A DNA stretch of 64,000 bases from Deferribacterales bacterium. GTDB lineage: Bacteria > Chrysiogenota > Deferribacteres > Deferribacterales > Geovibrionaceae. Below, piece after piece: positions 1 to 8,789 of the stretch. A program made the translations under genes and the position numbers. The notes beneath the pieces were generated by a model. It made no database searches. It saw nothing but the letters and a program-made list of their open reading frames with translations, and was not told the origin of the DNA. The stretch spans positions 278,596-342,595 of the forward strand of contig JBFWMA010000002.1 in assembly GCA_050251875.1 (NCBI GenBank), given 5' to 3'. Within the stretch, counting starts at the first letter, position 1. Each line of letters opens with the position of its first letter.

Positions 1-1
1 T

Positions 2-1387
2 GTTCTGACCCGCATGGCGTCATTTTCTAAAAACAAAGCAAAAATCTTTAATCTTCGTTACGACATTTACCGCATGAAAGGCAAAAACAGGCTGGCAAAC
101 CGTCAGCTTCTCATGCTGGCGGAGGAATACAGACATTCCGGAAGTTTTTCCGACTGCATAGCTATCTACACTTCTCTGGCAGAGAAAAACCAAACGGACT
201 ATCGGCTGATACGCAGTCTGGTGCATAAGCTGATAATAATAAACGGTTATTCCACCATCTCCATGATACTCAAAAACAGTGTGGGCAATGAGCTTTTTCC
301 TGTGGAGGAGATAGACGATATCGTCATGTTTCTGCTGGAGTCCAATGTTAAGCCGGAATATGTGATTCCGTTCATAAAAGACTTTCTGAGCAGGCATCCC
401 GACTATTTTTATAAGGCTGAGCCAGTGCTTATTCAGTCGTTCAGGACGGATTTCAACGCTGATCTTTTTTCTGAAATCATAGATATGATAGATATTTCCG
501 ATGCCTCTGATTTTGTTCAGGCTCTGAGAGAGTTTCTCAGCGACAAGGAGCTTCTGCTCCACAGTCTCCTGATAGAGGCATATTCAGACAACAGAGACAT
601 GATAAAAGGAATGATATTCGAGCTGTATGTGAATAACAGTCTCGATCTGGACGACATAGCGGAAGTGTCTGCTAAAGCTGAGAATTCATATCCGCTGGAA
701 GAGGCGCTCAAGCTGGTCGCCAAAACGGCTGAAGAGAGCGAAACGGTGAAATGTCTCGGCGTGATGGAAAAAATATACAGGTCGGCTGGGAATGCCGCCA
801 GAGCGGATGAGCTGGCTGTGTATGTGAAATACGGTAAGACGCCCGGAAATATAGCATCTTTTCTCGCTTCCGACCCTGAGTCGGCGAAAGATCTGGAACT
901 TAGGTTCAGGCAGGACGATGCTGCTGAGACCGAGCCGGAGGTTATTGCTGAGCCTCTGGAGATTCCTGCCGTTGAACTGGAGATAGAGTCCCATTCTTAT
1001 GAGGATAACACGTCTCGGGTGGCTGTGGAGGCTCTGGAGCTGGATACATACAATGAACCGCAGACGGAATCTAAGATAGAGGCGGATATTCTGCTGAATG
1101 ACGATTTCGATACAGCAGGAAGTTATCAGCCTTCAGATATATTCGAGGGTTTTGATTCTGTGGAGGCGCCCGCTGTCAGCTCTGTTTTCGATGGATTCGA
1201 TGAGCCGGACACACAGGAATCCGTTTCTATGGAATTGTCGGATAATGACTTTATTCCGGCAGGACAGGAGCAGACCGCTGTGGCGACCGAAGAGACCGAG
1301 GCTCTTGTTTTCAACGATGAAGAACTTAAAAACGCTTCCGGAAAAGAGGATGAAGAAGATTTCTTTTCAAAAGAAGTGGATGGTTAA
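2..1387 (+). CDS. Hypothetical protein, helical/TPR-like N-terminal region and long acidic low-complexity C-terminus; probably 5'-truncated by the window edge
   Basis: ORF track 14..1387. The frame is open from position 2 and there is no room for an RBS before ATG14. D/E-rich tail. Confidence 0.65.
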   Translation, partial: VLTRMASFSKNKAKIFNLRYDIYRMKGKNRLANRQLLMLAEEYRHSGSFSDCIAIYTSLAEKNQTDYRLIRSLVHKLIIINGYSTISMILKNSVGNELFPVEEIDDIVMFLLESNVKPEYVIPFIKDFLSRHPDYFYKAEPVLIQSFRTDFNADLFSEIIDMIDISDASDFVQALREFLSDKELLLHSLLIEAYSDNRDMIKGMIFELYVNNSLDLDDIAEVSAKAENSYPLEEALKLVAKTAEESETVKCLGVMEKIYRSAGNAARADELAVYVKYGKTPGNIASFLASDPESAKDLELRFRQDDAAETEPEVIAEPLEIPAVELEIESHSYEDNTSRVAVEALELDTYNEPQTESKIEADILLNDDFDTAGSYQPSDIFEGFDSVEAPAVSSVFDGFDEPDTQESVSMELSDNDFIPAGQEQTAVATEETEALVFNDEELKNASGKEDEEDFFSKEVDG

Positions 1388-1392
1388 ACCCC

Positions 1393-3555
1393 GTGAAATT
1401 CAGATTTAAAAAGAATTCGGATAACAGTAGAAAATCAGGGCAGAAAAACAAATATATCTATGTATATATGCTGATTCTGCTGTTTTTTGTTAATATATTC
1501 GCAGGATCAAAGATACTTAACAATGATTTCCCGTGGTATTCAAATATCTCCATATTCCTGCTGGTAAATATAAATATTATACTTCTGATAGTTGTGTGCG
1601 TTCTGATATTCAGAAATCTTGGAAAACTGTATATAGACCGGAAAAAGAATGTTTTCGGGTCGCGGCTTCAGGGGCGGCTGGTTACTTTTTCTATCATTAT
1701 CGCCGTAATTCCCGTTTTTATAGTATTTATATTTTCCAACACCGTCATCAACAAAAGCATCGACAAATGGTTCAACTCACAGATCGAGCAGGCTCTGGAG
1801 AGCACAGTGGATTTGATGCAGAAATATCAGACCAGACTGGAAAACTATCTGATAGAACAGGGCGATCTGCTCGCCGGATTCATATCGTCCGGTGATTATA
1901 TCTATTCGAAAAACCACAAAAAATTGCAGAAATTCGTAAAAATCTATTTTGATAAAGACAGGATAGACGGTATCGCCATCTATAACAACTCCAGCGAACG
2001 CATAGTGGATATGCACAAAACGAAGAATTTTACAAAAAGTTTCGTCAATAAGTCGCTGGTTAAGAAGATGCTGAACAACGAACTGATAGCCAGATATGAG
2101 TTCGAGGGGAATAAGCAGATATACTGGGTGGGTCAGCCTGTATATTCTAACAAAGACCGAAACCGGGTTATCGGCGCCGTTCTGATTTATAAGCTGGTGC
2201 CGGAAAACGAGGCGGAGAAGGTGGCGAAAATTCTGGATTCATACAACACCTACCGTCAGACGAAATATTTCGCCAAACCTGTTAAAAACTCGTTTAAAAT
2301 ATTGACAATCCTCATGACTCTGCTGGTGGTTCTCGCCGCCTTGTGGGGCAGTATAGTATACGCCAAGAGCATCACCCGACCCATAGAGAGTCTGGCATCG
2401 GCATCTGTGGCTGTTTCCCGTGGAAATCTGGACATAGAGGTGGAGGTGCTGGGCAACGATGAACTGGCGTTTTTGACGCAGTCGTTTAACTCTATGATAA
2501 AACAGCTGAAAATGCACAACGCAGAAATGAGCCTGAAAAATGAAAAGCTGTCGGAAATGTTTTTGCAGATCGCCAGAGACAACCAGTATATCGATTCTAT
2601 CTTTAAAAACGTTAAGTCTGCGATATTTTTGTATACCGACAATTTTGAGCTTTTGAAGCAGAACGACTATGCCGAAACCATTCTGGAATACGCTGATGAG
2701 GCGTTCATAACGCATATTCTGACTCCCGCTTCTACTTTCATCGATCAGGAGGAGCGTGAAAACCAGTTCCAGATTGAGATGCTGATAAAAGGCGAACCCA
2801 GAACCATGACGACCACTATAACCAAAATCTATGGTCAGGGCGGTTCCGTGGAGAACCTTGTGATAGTTCTGGACGATATCACCGATCTGCTGAATTTTCA
2901 GCGTGTCGGTATCTGGAAAGAGATCGCCACCCGTATAGCCCACGAGATAAAAAACCCGCTGACGCCCATAAAGCTCACAGCGGAAAGGATAAAAAGAAAA
3001 GCCACAATGGGCGAGAGCGACCAGAGCACCATCGTTACCAGTATGGATACCATCATCGAAGAGGTGGAGAGTCTTCAGAGCATGGTAAACGAATTCAATA
3101 TGTTCGCCCGTCTGCCGGAGCTGAGGAAGGAGCTGTTCAGCCTGAAAGATTTTTTTGATGATATCAGAGCGTTCTATACATCGTCTCATCAGAATATAGA
3201 ATTTGTCATCGACTGTCCGGATACTGATTTTATCGGCGACAGGTCACAGCTTAAGCGTGTGTTCATAAATCTGGTGAATAATTCCATCGATGCCATGGAC
3301 AAAGAGGGCAAAATTTTTATTTCTGTTGTTGAAAATGACAGCGGTTTAAGGATAGACTATCAGGACACAGGAAAGGGTATCCCGAAAGAGGATCTGGGCA
3401 GGATATTTATCCCGTATTTCAGCAAAAAACCGGACGGAACAGGGCTGGGGCTTGCTATTGTTAAGAAGATCATCGAGGTTCACAACGGAAACATCTCCGT
3501 GGACAGCGAGTATGGAAAATATACGAAATTCACTATGGAATTTCAAAAGGCATGA
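1393..3555 (+). CDS. ntrY: NtrY-like membrane sensor histidine kinase (HAMP, HisKA, HATPase)
   Basis: N-terminal TM helices, HAMP (ITRPIESL...DELAFLTQSFNSM), H-box WKEIATRIAHEIKNPLTPI, N/G boxes (NLVNNSIDA, DTGKGI, GTGLGLAI). Confidence 0.85.
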   Translation: MKFRFKKNSDNSRKSGQKNKYIYVYMLILLFFVNIFAGSKILNNDFPWYSNISIFLLVNINIILLIVVCVLIFRNLGKLYIDRKKNVFGSRLQGRLVTFSIIIAVIPVFIVFIFSNTVINKSIDKWFNSQIEQALESTVDLMQKYQTRLENYLIEQGDLLAGFISSGDYIYSKNHKKLQKFVKIYFDKDRIDGIAIYNNSSERIVDMHKTKNFTKSFVNKSLVKKMLNNELIARYEFEGNKQIYWVGQPVYSNKDRNRVIGAVLIYKLVPENEAEKVAKILDSYNTYRQTKYFAKPVKNSFKILTILMTLLVVLAALWGSIVYAKSITRPIESLASASVAVSRGNLDIEVEVLGNDELAFLTQSFNSMIKQLKMHNAEMSLKNEKLSEMFLQIARDNQYIDSIFKNVKSAIFLYTDNFELLKQNDYAETILEYADEAFITHILTPASTFIDQEERENQFQIEMLIKGEPRTMTTTITKIYGQGGSVENLVIVLDDITDLLNFQRVGIWKEIATRIAHEIKNPLTPIKLTAERIKRKATMGESDQSTIVTSMDTIIEEVESLQSMVNEFNMFARLPELRKELFSLKDFFDDIRAFYTSSHQNIEFVIDCPDTDFIGDRSQLKRVFINLVNNSIDAMDKEGKIFISVVENDSGLRIDYQDTGKGIPKEDLGRIFIPYFSKKPDGTGLGLAIVKKIIEVHNGNISVDSEYGKYTKFTMEFQKA

Positions 3556-3556
3556 A

Positions 3557-4927
3557 ATGGCAAAAATTCTTATAATTGACGATGAAAAAGGAATATGCAC
3601 GGCTATCAAGGACATTCTGGAAGATGAGGGGTATTCTGCCAATACCGCCCACACCTTTACAGACGGGTTCAATGAGCTGAAAAAGACCGCATACGATATA
3701 TTGTTTCTGGATATCTGGCTGCCCGATAAGGACGGCATAGACGGGCTGAAGGACATCAAAAGCTATTTTCCCGACCTTGAGGTTGTTATCATCAGCGGTC
3801 ACGGAAACATAGAAAACGCTGTGGAAGCGACCAGAAGAGGGGCTTATGACTTTCTGGAAAAGCCGCTGTCTCTGGAGCGTATCCTGCTGATAGTAAAACA
3901 CCTTACCGACAGAATGCAGCTCGTTCGTGATCTGCGTGAGTCCAGAAGCGACCTGATAAAAAAATATGACATAATAGGCGTCAGCAAACCCATAGTGGAG
4001 CTGAAAAGAAAGATAGAAAAGATAGCGCCCACCAACGCCTGGGTTATGATTACAGGCGAAAACGGCACGGGCAAGGAACATGTGGCGAGGCTGATTCACA
4101 TGCTGAGCCGCAGGGCGAAGGACATCTTTGTGGAGATCAACTGCGCCGCCATCCCTTCAGAGCTTCTGGAAACAGAGATGTTCGGACACGAGAAGGGCTC
4201 TTTCACAGGCGCTCACTCACAGAAAATGGGCAAGTTTGAAGAGGCTGACGGCGGAACCGTCTTTCTGGACGAGATAGGCGACATGGAGCTGTCTTCACAG
4301 GCTAAGCTGCTGAGAGTGCTCGAAAGCAACACTTTCACCCGTGTGGGCGGAAATACTCCGATCAAATCTGATTTTCGTCTGCTGACCGCCACCAACAAGA
4401 ATCTGGAAGAGGAGATCGATGCCGGAAACTTCCGTGAAGACCTCTATTACCGTATAAACGTTGTGCCGCTGGTGGTGCCTCCTCTGCGTGAGCGGAAAGA
4501 GGATATACCGATACTGATGCAGCATTTCATCCGTGAGGCCTGCTCTCTGAACGGTCTGGAGCTGAAGAAGGTCAGTCTGCCTCTGCTGGAGCTCTTTATG
4601 GCTTTTGACTGGCCGGGGAACGTGCGCCAGCTGAAAAATCTGGTGGAGCGCATGGTGGTTCTTTCAGAAAAAGAGACCATGGATGTGGATGACGCTCCGG
4701 ATTTTCTGCTGTCCGGCTCGGATGAAGAAAAATATGAAGCGGGCAACTGCTGCGCTCTGAAAGACGCCAAAGAGGGGTTTGAAAAACAATTTATCCTTCA
4801 GGTGCTTCAGGCGAACGACTGGAACATAAGCCAGTCTGCCAAGATTCTGGAGATAGAGAGAACTTATCTCCACCGCAAGATAAAGGCCTACGGTCTGGAA
4901 AAATTCAAAGGTACAGGAAATGTTTAA
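3557..4927 (+). CDS. ntrX: NtrX-like sigma-54-type response regulator (REC, AAA+, Fis HTH)
   Basis: MAKILIIDDE receiver domain, GENGTGKE Walker A, GSFTGA motif, WPGNVRQLKN, C-terminal HTH. ATG at 3557 directly follows the kinase stop. Confidence 0.88.
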   Translation: MAKILIIDDEKGICTAIKDILEDEGYSANTAHTFTDGFNELKKTAYDILFLDIWLPDKDGIDGLKDIKSYFPDLEVVIISGHGNIENAVEATRRGAYDFLEKPLSLERILLIVKHLTDRMQLVRDLRESRSDLIKKYDIIGVSKPIVELKRKIEKIAPTNAWVMITGENGTGKEHVARLIHMLSRRAKDIFVEINCAAIPSELLETEMFGHEKGSFTGAHSQKMGKFEEADGGTVFLDEIGDMELSSQAKLLRVLESNTFTRVGGNTPIKSDFRLLTATNKNLEEEIDAGNFREDLYYRINVVPLVVPPLRERKEDIPILMQHFIREACSLNGLELKKVSLPLLELFMAFDWPGNVRQLKNLVERMVVLSEKETMDVDDAPDFLLSGSDEEKYEAGNCCALKDAKEGFEKQFILQVLQANDWNISQSAKILEIERTYLHRKIKAYGLEKFKGTGNV

Positions 4928-5408
4928 ATATTTGTTTGGTTCTGTTCTGGTTTTTGTTATCGCGTTTTACGTTGTGAACTATGGTTTGAAAAGCTCCAGC
5001 ATGACAGAGAGAATAGACGAGGCGATGGATGTTCCATACGGCGAATATGACTCTCTGCGCATCACCAAGGCGGATGAGAAGGAGGACGGCTGGGTGCTGT
5101 CTCTGGAAAATCTGCGTATGTACGCCAGCAGAACAGGAAAAGGCACTATGTGCTCCTCTGATGTCAGAATATATTTTCCCACGGAGAAAAACGCCAAGCT
5201 CGTTATGAAGCTGCGCTATAATCTGGGACCGTTTCTGGCGAAACCTCTCAGGGGGATGTCGCCACAGACAGCTCTGAAGCCTGATTCCCAATATGCCATG
5301 ATGCAGTCTCTGAAAGACGGATACGCCGGACAGTACGGCATCAAAACCATGACAAAGATAGAATTCAGCGGTTTTCAGTGTAAAACCATGGACGCCCAAC
5401 AGGACTGA
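4920..5408 (+). CDS. Hypothetical protein with N-terminal membrane anchor/signal
   Basis: 162-aa ORF overlapping the ntrX stop; hydrophobic N-terminus. Confidence 0.6.
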   Translation: MFKYLFGSVLVFVIAFYVVNYGLKSSSMTERIDEAMDVPYGEYDSLRITKADEKEDGWVLSLENLRMYASRTGKGTMCSSDVRIYFPTEKNAKLVMKLRYNLGPFLAKPLRGMSPQTALKPDSQYAMMQSLKDGYAGQYGIKTMTKIEFSGFQCKTMDAQQD

Positions 5409-5411
5409 TAG

Positions 5412-5948
5412 ATGGCTGTGATTGCCGTTTTTCTGCGTGGCGTCAATGTTGGCGGCAAGAATATACTTCCCATGAAACAGCTCGTCCGCGAGCTTGAATC
5501 TATCGGTATTAAAAAAGTAAAAACATATATCCAGACCGGTAATGTCATCGTTGATTGTTGTGATGAGCGTGAAGCATCTCTGGCATCTGATATACAACAG
5601 CTTATACAGTCTAAATTCGGGTTCTGTCCTGCTGTTATCTCCATTCCAACAGATAAACTTTCTGAGATGGTTTCGGCTTTTAATATCTCTGAAAATACCG
5701 CTGAGGACAGGGTACATCTGTTCTTTCTGGAAAAAATGCCTGAAAATGTTGATTCCGAACGTCTGAAAAGCCTTTGCATGCCTGCTGAGATATGGGATAT
5801 AAAAGGCTCTGTGTTTTACCTCTATGCCCCCGATGGGATCAGAAACTCTAAACTGGCCGCTCAGGTGGAAAAAATAATCGGAATACCCGCCACCGCCAGA
5901 AACCTGCGCACAGTAAAAGCAGTTCTCAGTCTTGCCGATAATATTTAA
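5412..5948 (+). CDS. DUF1697 family protein
   Basis: FLRGVNVGGKN...VKTYIQTGNV and C-terminal TARNLRTV motifs typical of DUF1697. Confidence 0.85.
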   Translation: MAVIAVFLRGVNVGGKNILPMKQLVRELESIGIKKVKTYIQTGNVIVDCCDEREASLASDIQQLIQSKFGFCPAVISIPTDKLSEMVSAFNISENTAEDRVHLFFLEKMPENVDSERLKSLCMPAEIWDIKGSVFYLYAPDGIRNSKLAAQVEKIIGIPATARNLRTVKAVLSLADNI

Positions 5949-5962
5949 TTCGTATTTTTGAT

Positions 5963-5991
5963 TTGACTTTTTCCGGCTGGCTGTCTATTAT
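5963..5991 (+). promoter_or_regulatory. Sigma-70 promoter of the lexA operon
   Basis: TTGACT (5963-5968), 17 bp spacer, TATTAT (5986-5991). Confidence 0.7.
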
Positions 5992-6002
5992 TTCCATATA
6001 GG

Positions 6003-6016
6003 CGAACGTTTGTTCG
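6003..6016. promoter_or_regulatory. LexA operator (SOS box), GAAC-N4-GTTC type
   Basis: Palindrome CGAACGTTTGTTCG between the promoter and the lexA RBS (GGAGG). Confidence 0.8.
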
Positions 6017-6032
6017 TGCATGGAGGCATGAT

Positions 6033-6638
6033 ATGACAGAACGGCAGAAAATGTTTGTGAATTTCATCGAAAACTTTATCAGAGATAATGGATATTCCCC
6101 GTCTATCAGAGAGATAGCGAAGGGAATGGGTCTTTCGTCCACCGCCAGCGTAAAGAATATGCTGGACAGACTCACCGAAAACGGTCTGCTGAAAAGATCG
6201 TCCAGTATTGCCAGGGGCATAGAAGGCTCCCGGAAATCTGCCGCCGTGCCCGTTTTGGGGCGTATCAAAGCAGGCGTTCCCGTCACATCCGAAGAAAACA
6301 TAGAAGGCTATATCCGTATGGGCAGAGAGATTTATGACGATCATTTCTTTCTGCGTGTGGACGGCGACAGCATGAAAGACAAGGCGATTCTGGACGGCGA
6401 TTTTGTCCTTATTAAACATACAAACTTTATACAGAACAATAAAATAGGCGCATTCAGCATTAACGGCGAGATAACACTTAAAACCTTTCTGAAAACACCT
6501 GAAGGCGTTTTTCTGATGCCCGCCAATGACGAATTTCAGCCGATATCTCTGGCTGAGACGGACGAATTTTCGGTTATCGGCGTTCTGGTGATGGTTATAA
6601 GGGCTTTGGAGGGGGGCTATGATATTGAACCTGCATGA
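6033..6638 (+). CDS. lexA: LexA SOS repressor
   Basis: wHTH (YSPSIREIAKGMGLSSTASV), Ala-Gly cleavage site (IKAGVP), catalytic Ser (DGDSM) and Lys (ITLKTF). Confidence 0.93.
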   Translation: MTERQKMFVNFIENFIRDNGYSPSIREIAKGMGLSSTASVKNMLDRLTENGLLKRSSSIARGIEGSRKSAAVPVLGRIKAGVPVTSEENIEGYIRMGREIYDDHFFLRVDGDSMKDKAILDGDFVLIKHTNFIQNNKIGAFSINGEITLKTFLKTPEGVFLMPANDEFQPISLAETDEFSVIGVLVMVIRALEGGYDIEPA

Positions 6639-6861
6639 GAGGGTCAGGGTGGGCGCTGTTTTTGATGCCTCGCCCAAACCTGTCTGGTTCAGCCTGAACG
6701 GAGAAAAAGTCACCGTAAAGGAGATCTGCTACCGCTGGAAAGAGAGGGCTGGGGCGGATGTGATCCACAAATATACCGTCACGGACGGGTTCAACGTTTA
6801 TGAGATATGTTTCAGCGCTCTGGACGCCTGCTGGTATCTGGAAGCCATCGATGACGCATAA
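6619..6861 (+). CDS. Small conserved-looking beta-rich protein (DUF6504-like), candidate Y-family polymerase accessory
   Basis: 80 aa with a strong G-rich RBS, overlapping the lexA 3' end. Pattern P.WF..NG....V..I.YRW...WYL. Confidence 0.7.
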   Translation: MILNLHERVRVGAVFDASPKPVWFSLNGEKVTVKEICYRWKERAGADVIHKYTVTDGFNVYEICFSALDACWYLEAIDDA

Positions 6862-6886
6862 GGGTTTATTATAGAAACACCCGGCT

Positions 6887-6924
6887 GAGATTGCCACGCC
6901 AGCCTGCGGCTGTCTCGCAATGAC
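6887..6924. repeat. REP/RPE-like palindromic half-element (GAGATTGCC...CTCGCAATGAC)
   Basis: Same terminal motifs as the right arm of the array hairpins and as the copy at 43866-43901. Confidence 0.7.
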
Positions 6925-6925
6925 A

Positions 6926-7325
6926 TAAGCTGACTTCACGGACGGACTTTTTGGGGAGTAAGAAATAATCAAGGTCATGTCATCGCGAGGAGCTGGGCGA
7001 TGTGGCGATCTTATCCGATGAGATTGCTTCGTTATGTTATTCCTCGCAACGACGTAAGCTGACTTCACGGACGGACTTTTTGGGGAGTAGGAAATAATCA
7101 AGGTCATGTCATCGCGAGGAGCTGGGCGACGTGGCGGTCTTATCCGATGAGATTGCTTCGTTATGTTATTCCTCGCAACGACGTAAGCTGACTTCACGGA
7201 CGGACTTTTTGGGGAGTAGGAAATAATCAAGGTCATGTCATCGCGAGGAGCTGGGCGACGTGGCGGTCTTATCCGATGAGATTGCTTCGTCATGTTATTC
7301 CTCGCAATGACGTAAGCTGACTTCA
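6926..7325. repeat. Tandem array of three near-identical 129-bp units plus a partial fourth, each containing a 75-bp imperfect palindrome
   Basis: TAAGCTGACTTCA recurs at 6926, 7055, 7184 and 7313 (period 129). Hairpins GTCATCGCGAGGA...TCCTCGCAA(C/T)GAC at 6979-7053, 7108-7182 and 7237-7311. Confidence 0.95.
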
Positions 7326-7458
7326 GGATGAAGCCCGTGGAGTGAATAATAAACGGCTTTGCCGTTTTTATGAACGGAACGTAAGCGTAATGAGGCTTTT
7401 GCCGAAATGAAGCGGTATCGCAAAAAGTCCATGGACGGACTTTTTGGGGAGAATATAA

Positions 7459-8664
7459 ATGATCATCTGCATGGATATGGACGCTTTCTTCGCTTCTGTG
7501 GAACAGGCGGTGAACCCGTCTCTCAGAGGCAAGCCGATAGCCGTCATAGGCGCAAAGGAGCGCACTGTGGTGGTTACCTCATCCTATGAGGCGAGGGCGA
7601 AGGGCGTCAAAACCGGAATGAGCAAATATGAGGCGCAGAGAGTGTGTCCGGATGTGATACTGGTTTGCGGTCACACCCGGATATATACCCATGTCTCTTC
7701 AGAAATAGTAAAATTCTTAAAAACGATCACGCCGGACGTGGAGGTCTATTCCATAGACGAGGCTTTTTTGGACATAAAAGATAATGACCCTGTGACAATA
7801 GGTTACATGATTATGTCCTATGTTAAGAAGACTTTTAATATAACATGCTCCATCGGGATCGGTCCCAACAAGCTGATAGCCAAAATGGCGACAGAGGTTA
7901 ATAAGCCGAATGGTCTGTATATGGTTCATAAAGAAGAAGTTATGGAGTTTATAGACACATTTGAGCTGGGCGATATATGGGGAATCGGACGCAGGCTGAC
8001 AAAAAGATTCAGATCCATGGGAATCTTCACCCCTGCTGATCTGCGGGCTTTCGGGCGTGACAGGCTGGAAAAAATGCTGGGGATAGGCGGTGTGAGGCTT
8101 TTTCAGATGGCTCACGGGGAATATTCCGACAGAGTGGTTTCTCAGGAGCCTCCGGTGAAGTCCATAGGGCACAGTATGACTCTCCCTGTGGACGGAAAGA
8201 CCAGAGAAACGGCTCTGAACTACCTGCTCCAGCTTTCGGAGATGGTGTCCGCCCGTGCCAGAAAGAATGGTTTTGCGGGAAAGACTCTGCATCTGGTGAT
8301 AAAAGACACGGACATGATGAGCGTGAGCAGGCAGAAGGGGATTGGTTTTTTTACATCCGCCACCCACCACATTTATGAAACCGCCATAGAGCTTTTTGAC
8401 GAGTTATGGGATCACAACCCCATCCGGCTGCTTGGTATATCCATAGGAAACCTTGTGGGAGAGTCAGTTATATTGACAAATATAATGGATGACTTCGGAA
8501 AATACCCGCAACTATATGACGCAATAGATAAAATTAACTCTAAATATGGAAAAACATCCATATCTTACGCCTCTGTGCTGAACTGTAAGAGGATAGGCGC
8601 CAAAACCATCTCTCCCGCCTGGCGTCCGGAGGGCACCAGAAATGTCGAATTCACTCCTGAATAA
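7459..8664 (+). CDS. dinB: Y-family DNA polymerase (DinB/Pol IV-like) with C-terminal extension
   Basis: DMDAFFASVE, SYEAR..GV, YSIDEAFLD, SIGIGPNKLIAKMA, IWGIG; C-terminal DAIDKINSKYG motif. Confidence 0.92.
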   Translation: MIICMDMDAFFASVEQAVNPSLRGKPIAVIGAKERTVVVTSSYEARAKGVKTGMSKYEAQRVCPDVILVCGHTRIYTHVSSEIVKFLKTITPDVEVYSIDEAFLDIKDNDPVTIGYMIMSYVKKTFNITCSIGIGPNKLIAKMATEVNKPNGLYMVHKEEVMEFIDTFELGDIWGIGRRLTKRFRSMGIFTPADLRAFGRDRLEKMLGIGGVRLFQMAHGEYSDRVVSQEPPVKSIGHSMTLPVDGKTRETALNYLLQLSEMVSARARKNGFAGKTLHLVIKDTDMMSVSRQKGIGFFTSATHHIYETAIELFDELWDHNPIRLLGISIGNLVGESVILTNIMDDFGKYPQLYDAIDKINSKYGKTSISYASVLNCKRIGAKTISPAWRPEGTRNVEFTPE

Positions 8665-8710
8665 GCGCAAAAATATATGACAAATTGAGTATATTTAAGC
8701 CTGACTCTGC

Positions 8711-8739
8711 TTGACTTGTAATACCGAATCAACTAATAT
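8711..8739 (+). promoter_or_regulatory. Putative sigma-70 promoter of the hom operon
   Basis: TTGACT (8711), 17 bp spacer, TAATAT (8734). Confidence 0.5.
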
Positions 8740-8789
8740 CGTTGGACACATTTCAAGCAGTTGGATTGTGTCCAAAATCGGAGGTTTTA

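Noticed and set aside
7032..7041. XerD-like half sites TTATGTTATT in the array units and near 45307-45317
   Set aside because: No XerC-like arm ending in ATAA lies 6 bp away, so these are probably chance matches.
6595..7293. 232-aa minus-strand ORF with 43-aa repeats
   Set aside because: It arises because the 129-bp unit is a multiple of three. It is antisense to lexA and the 80-aa gene, and has no convincing RBS or protein-like composition.
6926..7325. CRISPR array
   Set aside because: The intervening segments are identical rather than unique spacers, the period is 129 bp, and there are no cas genes.
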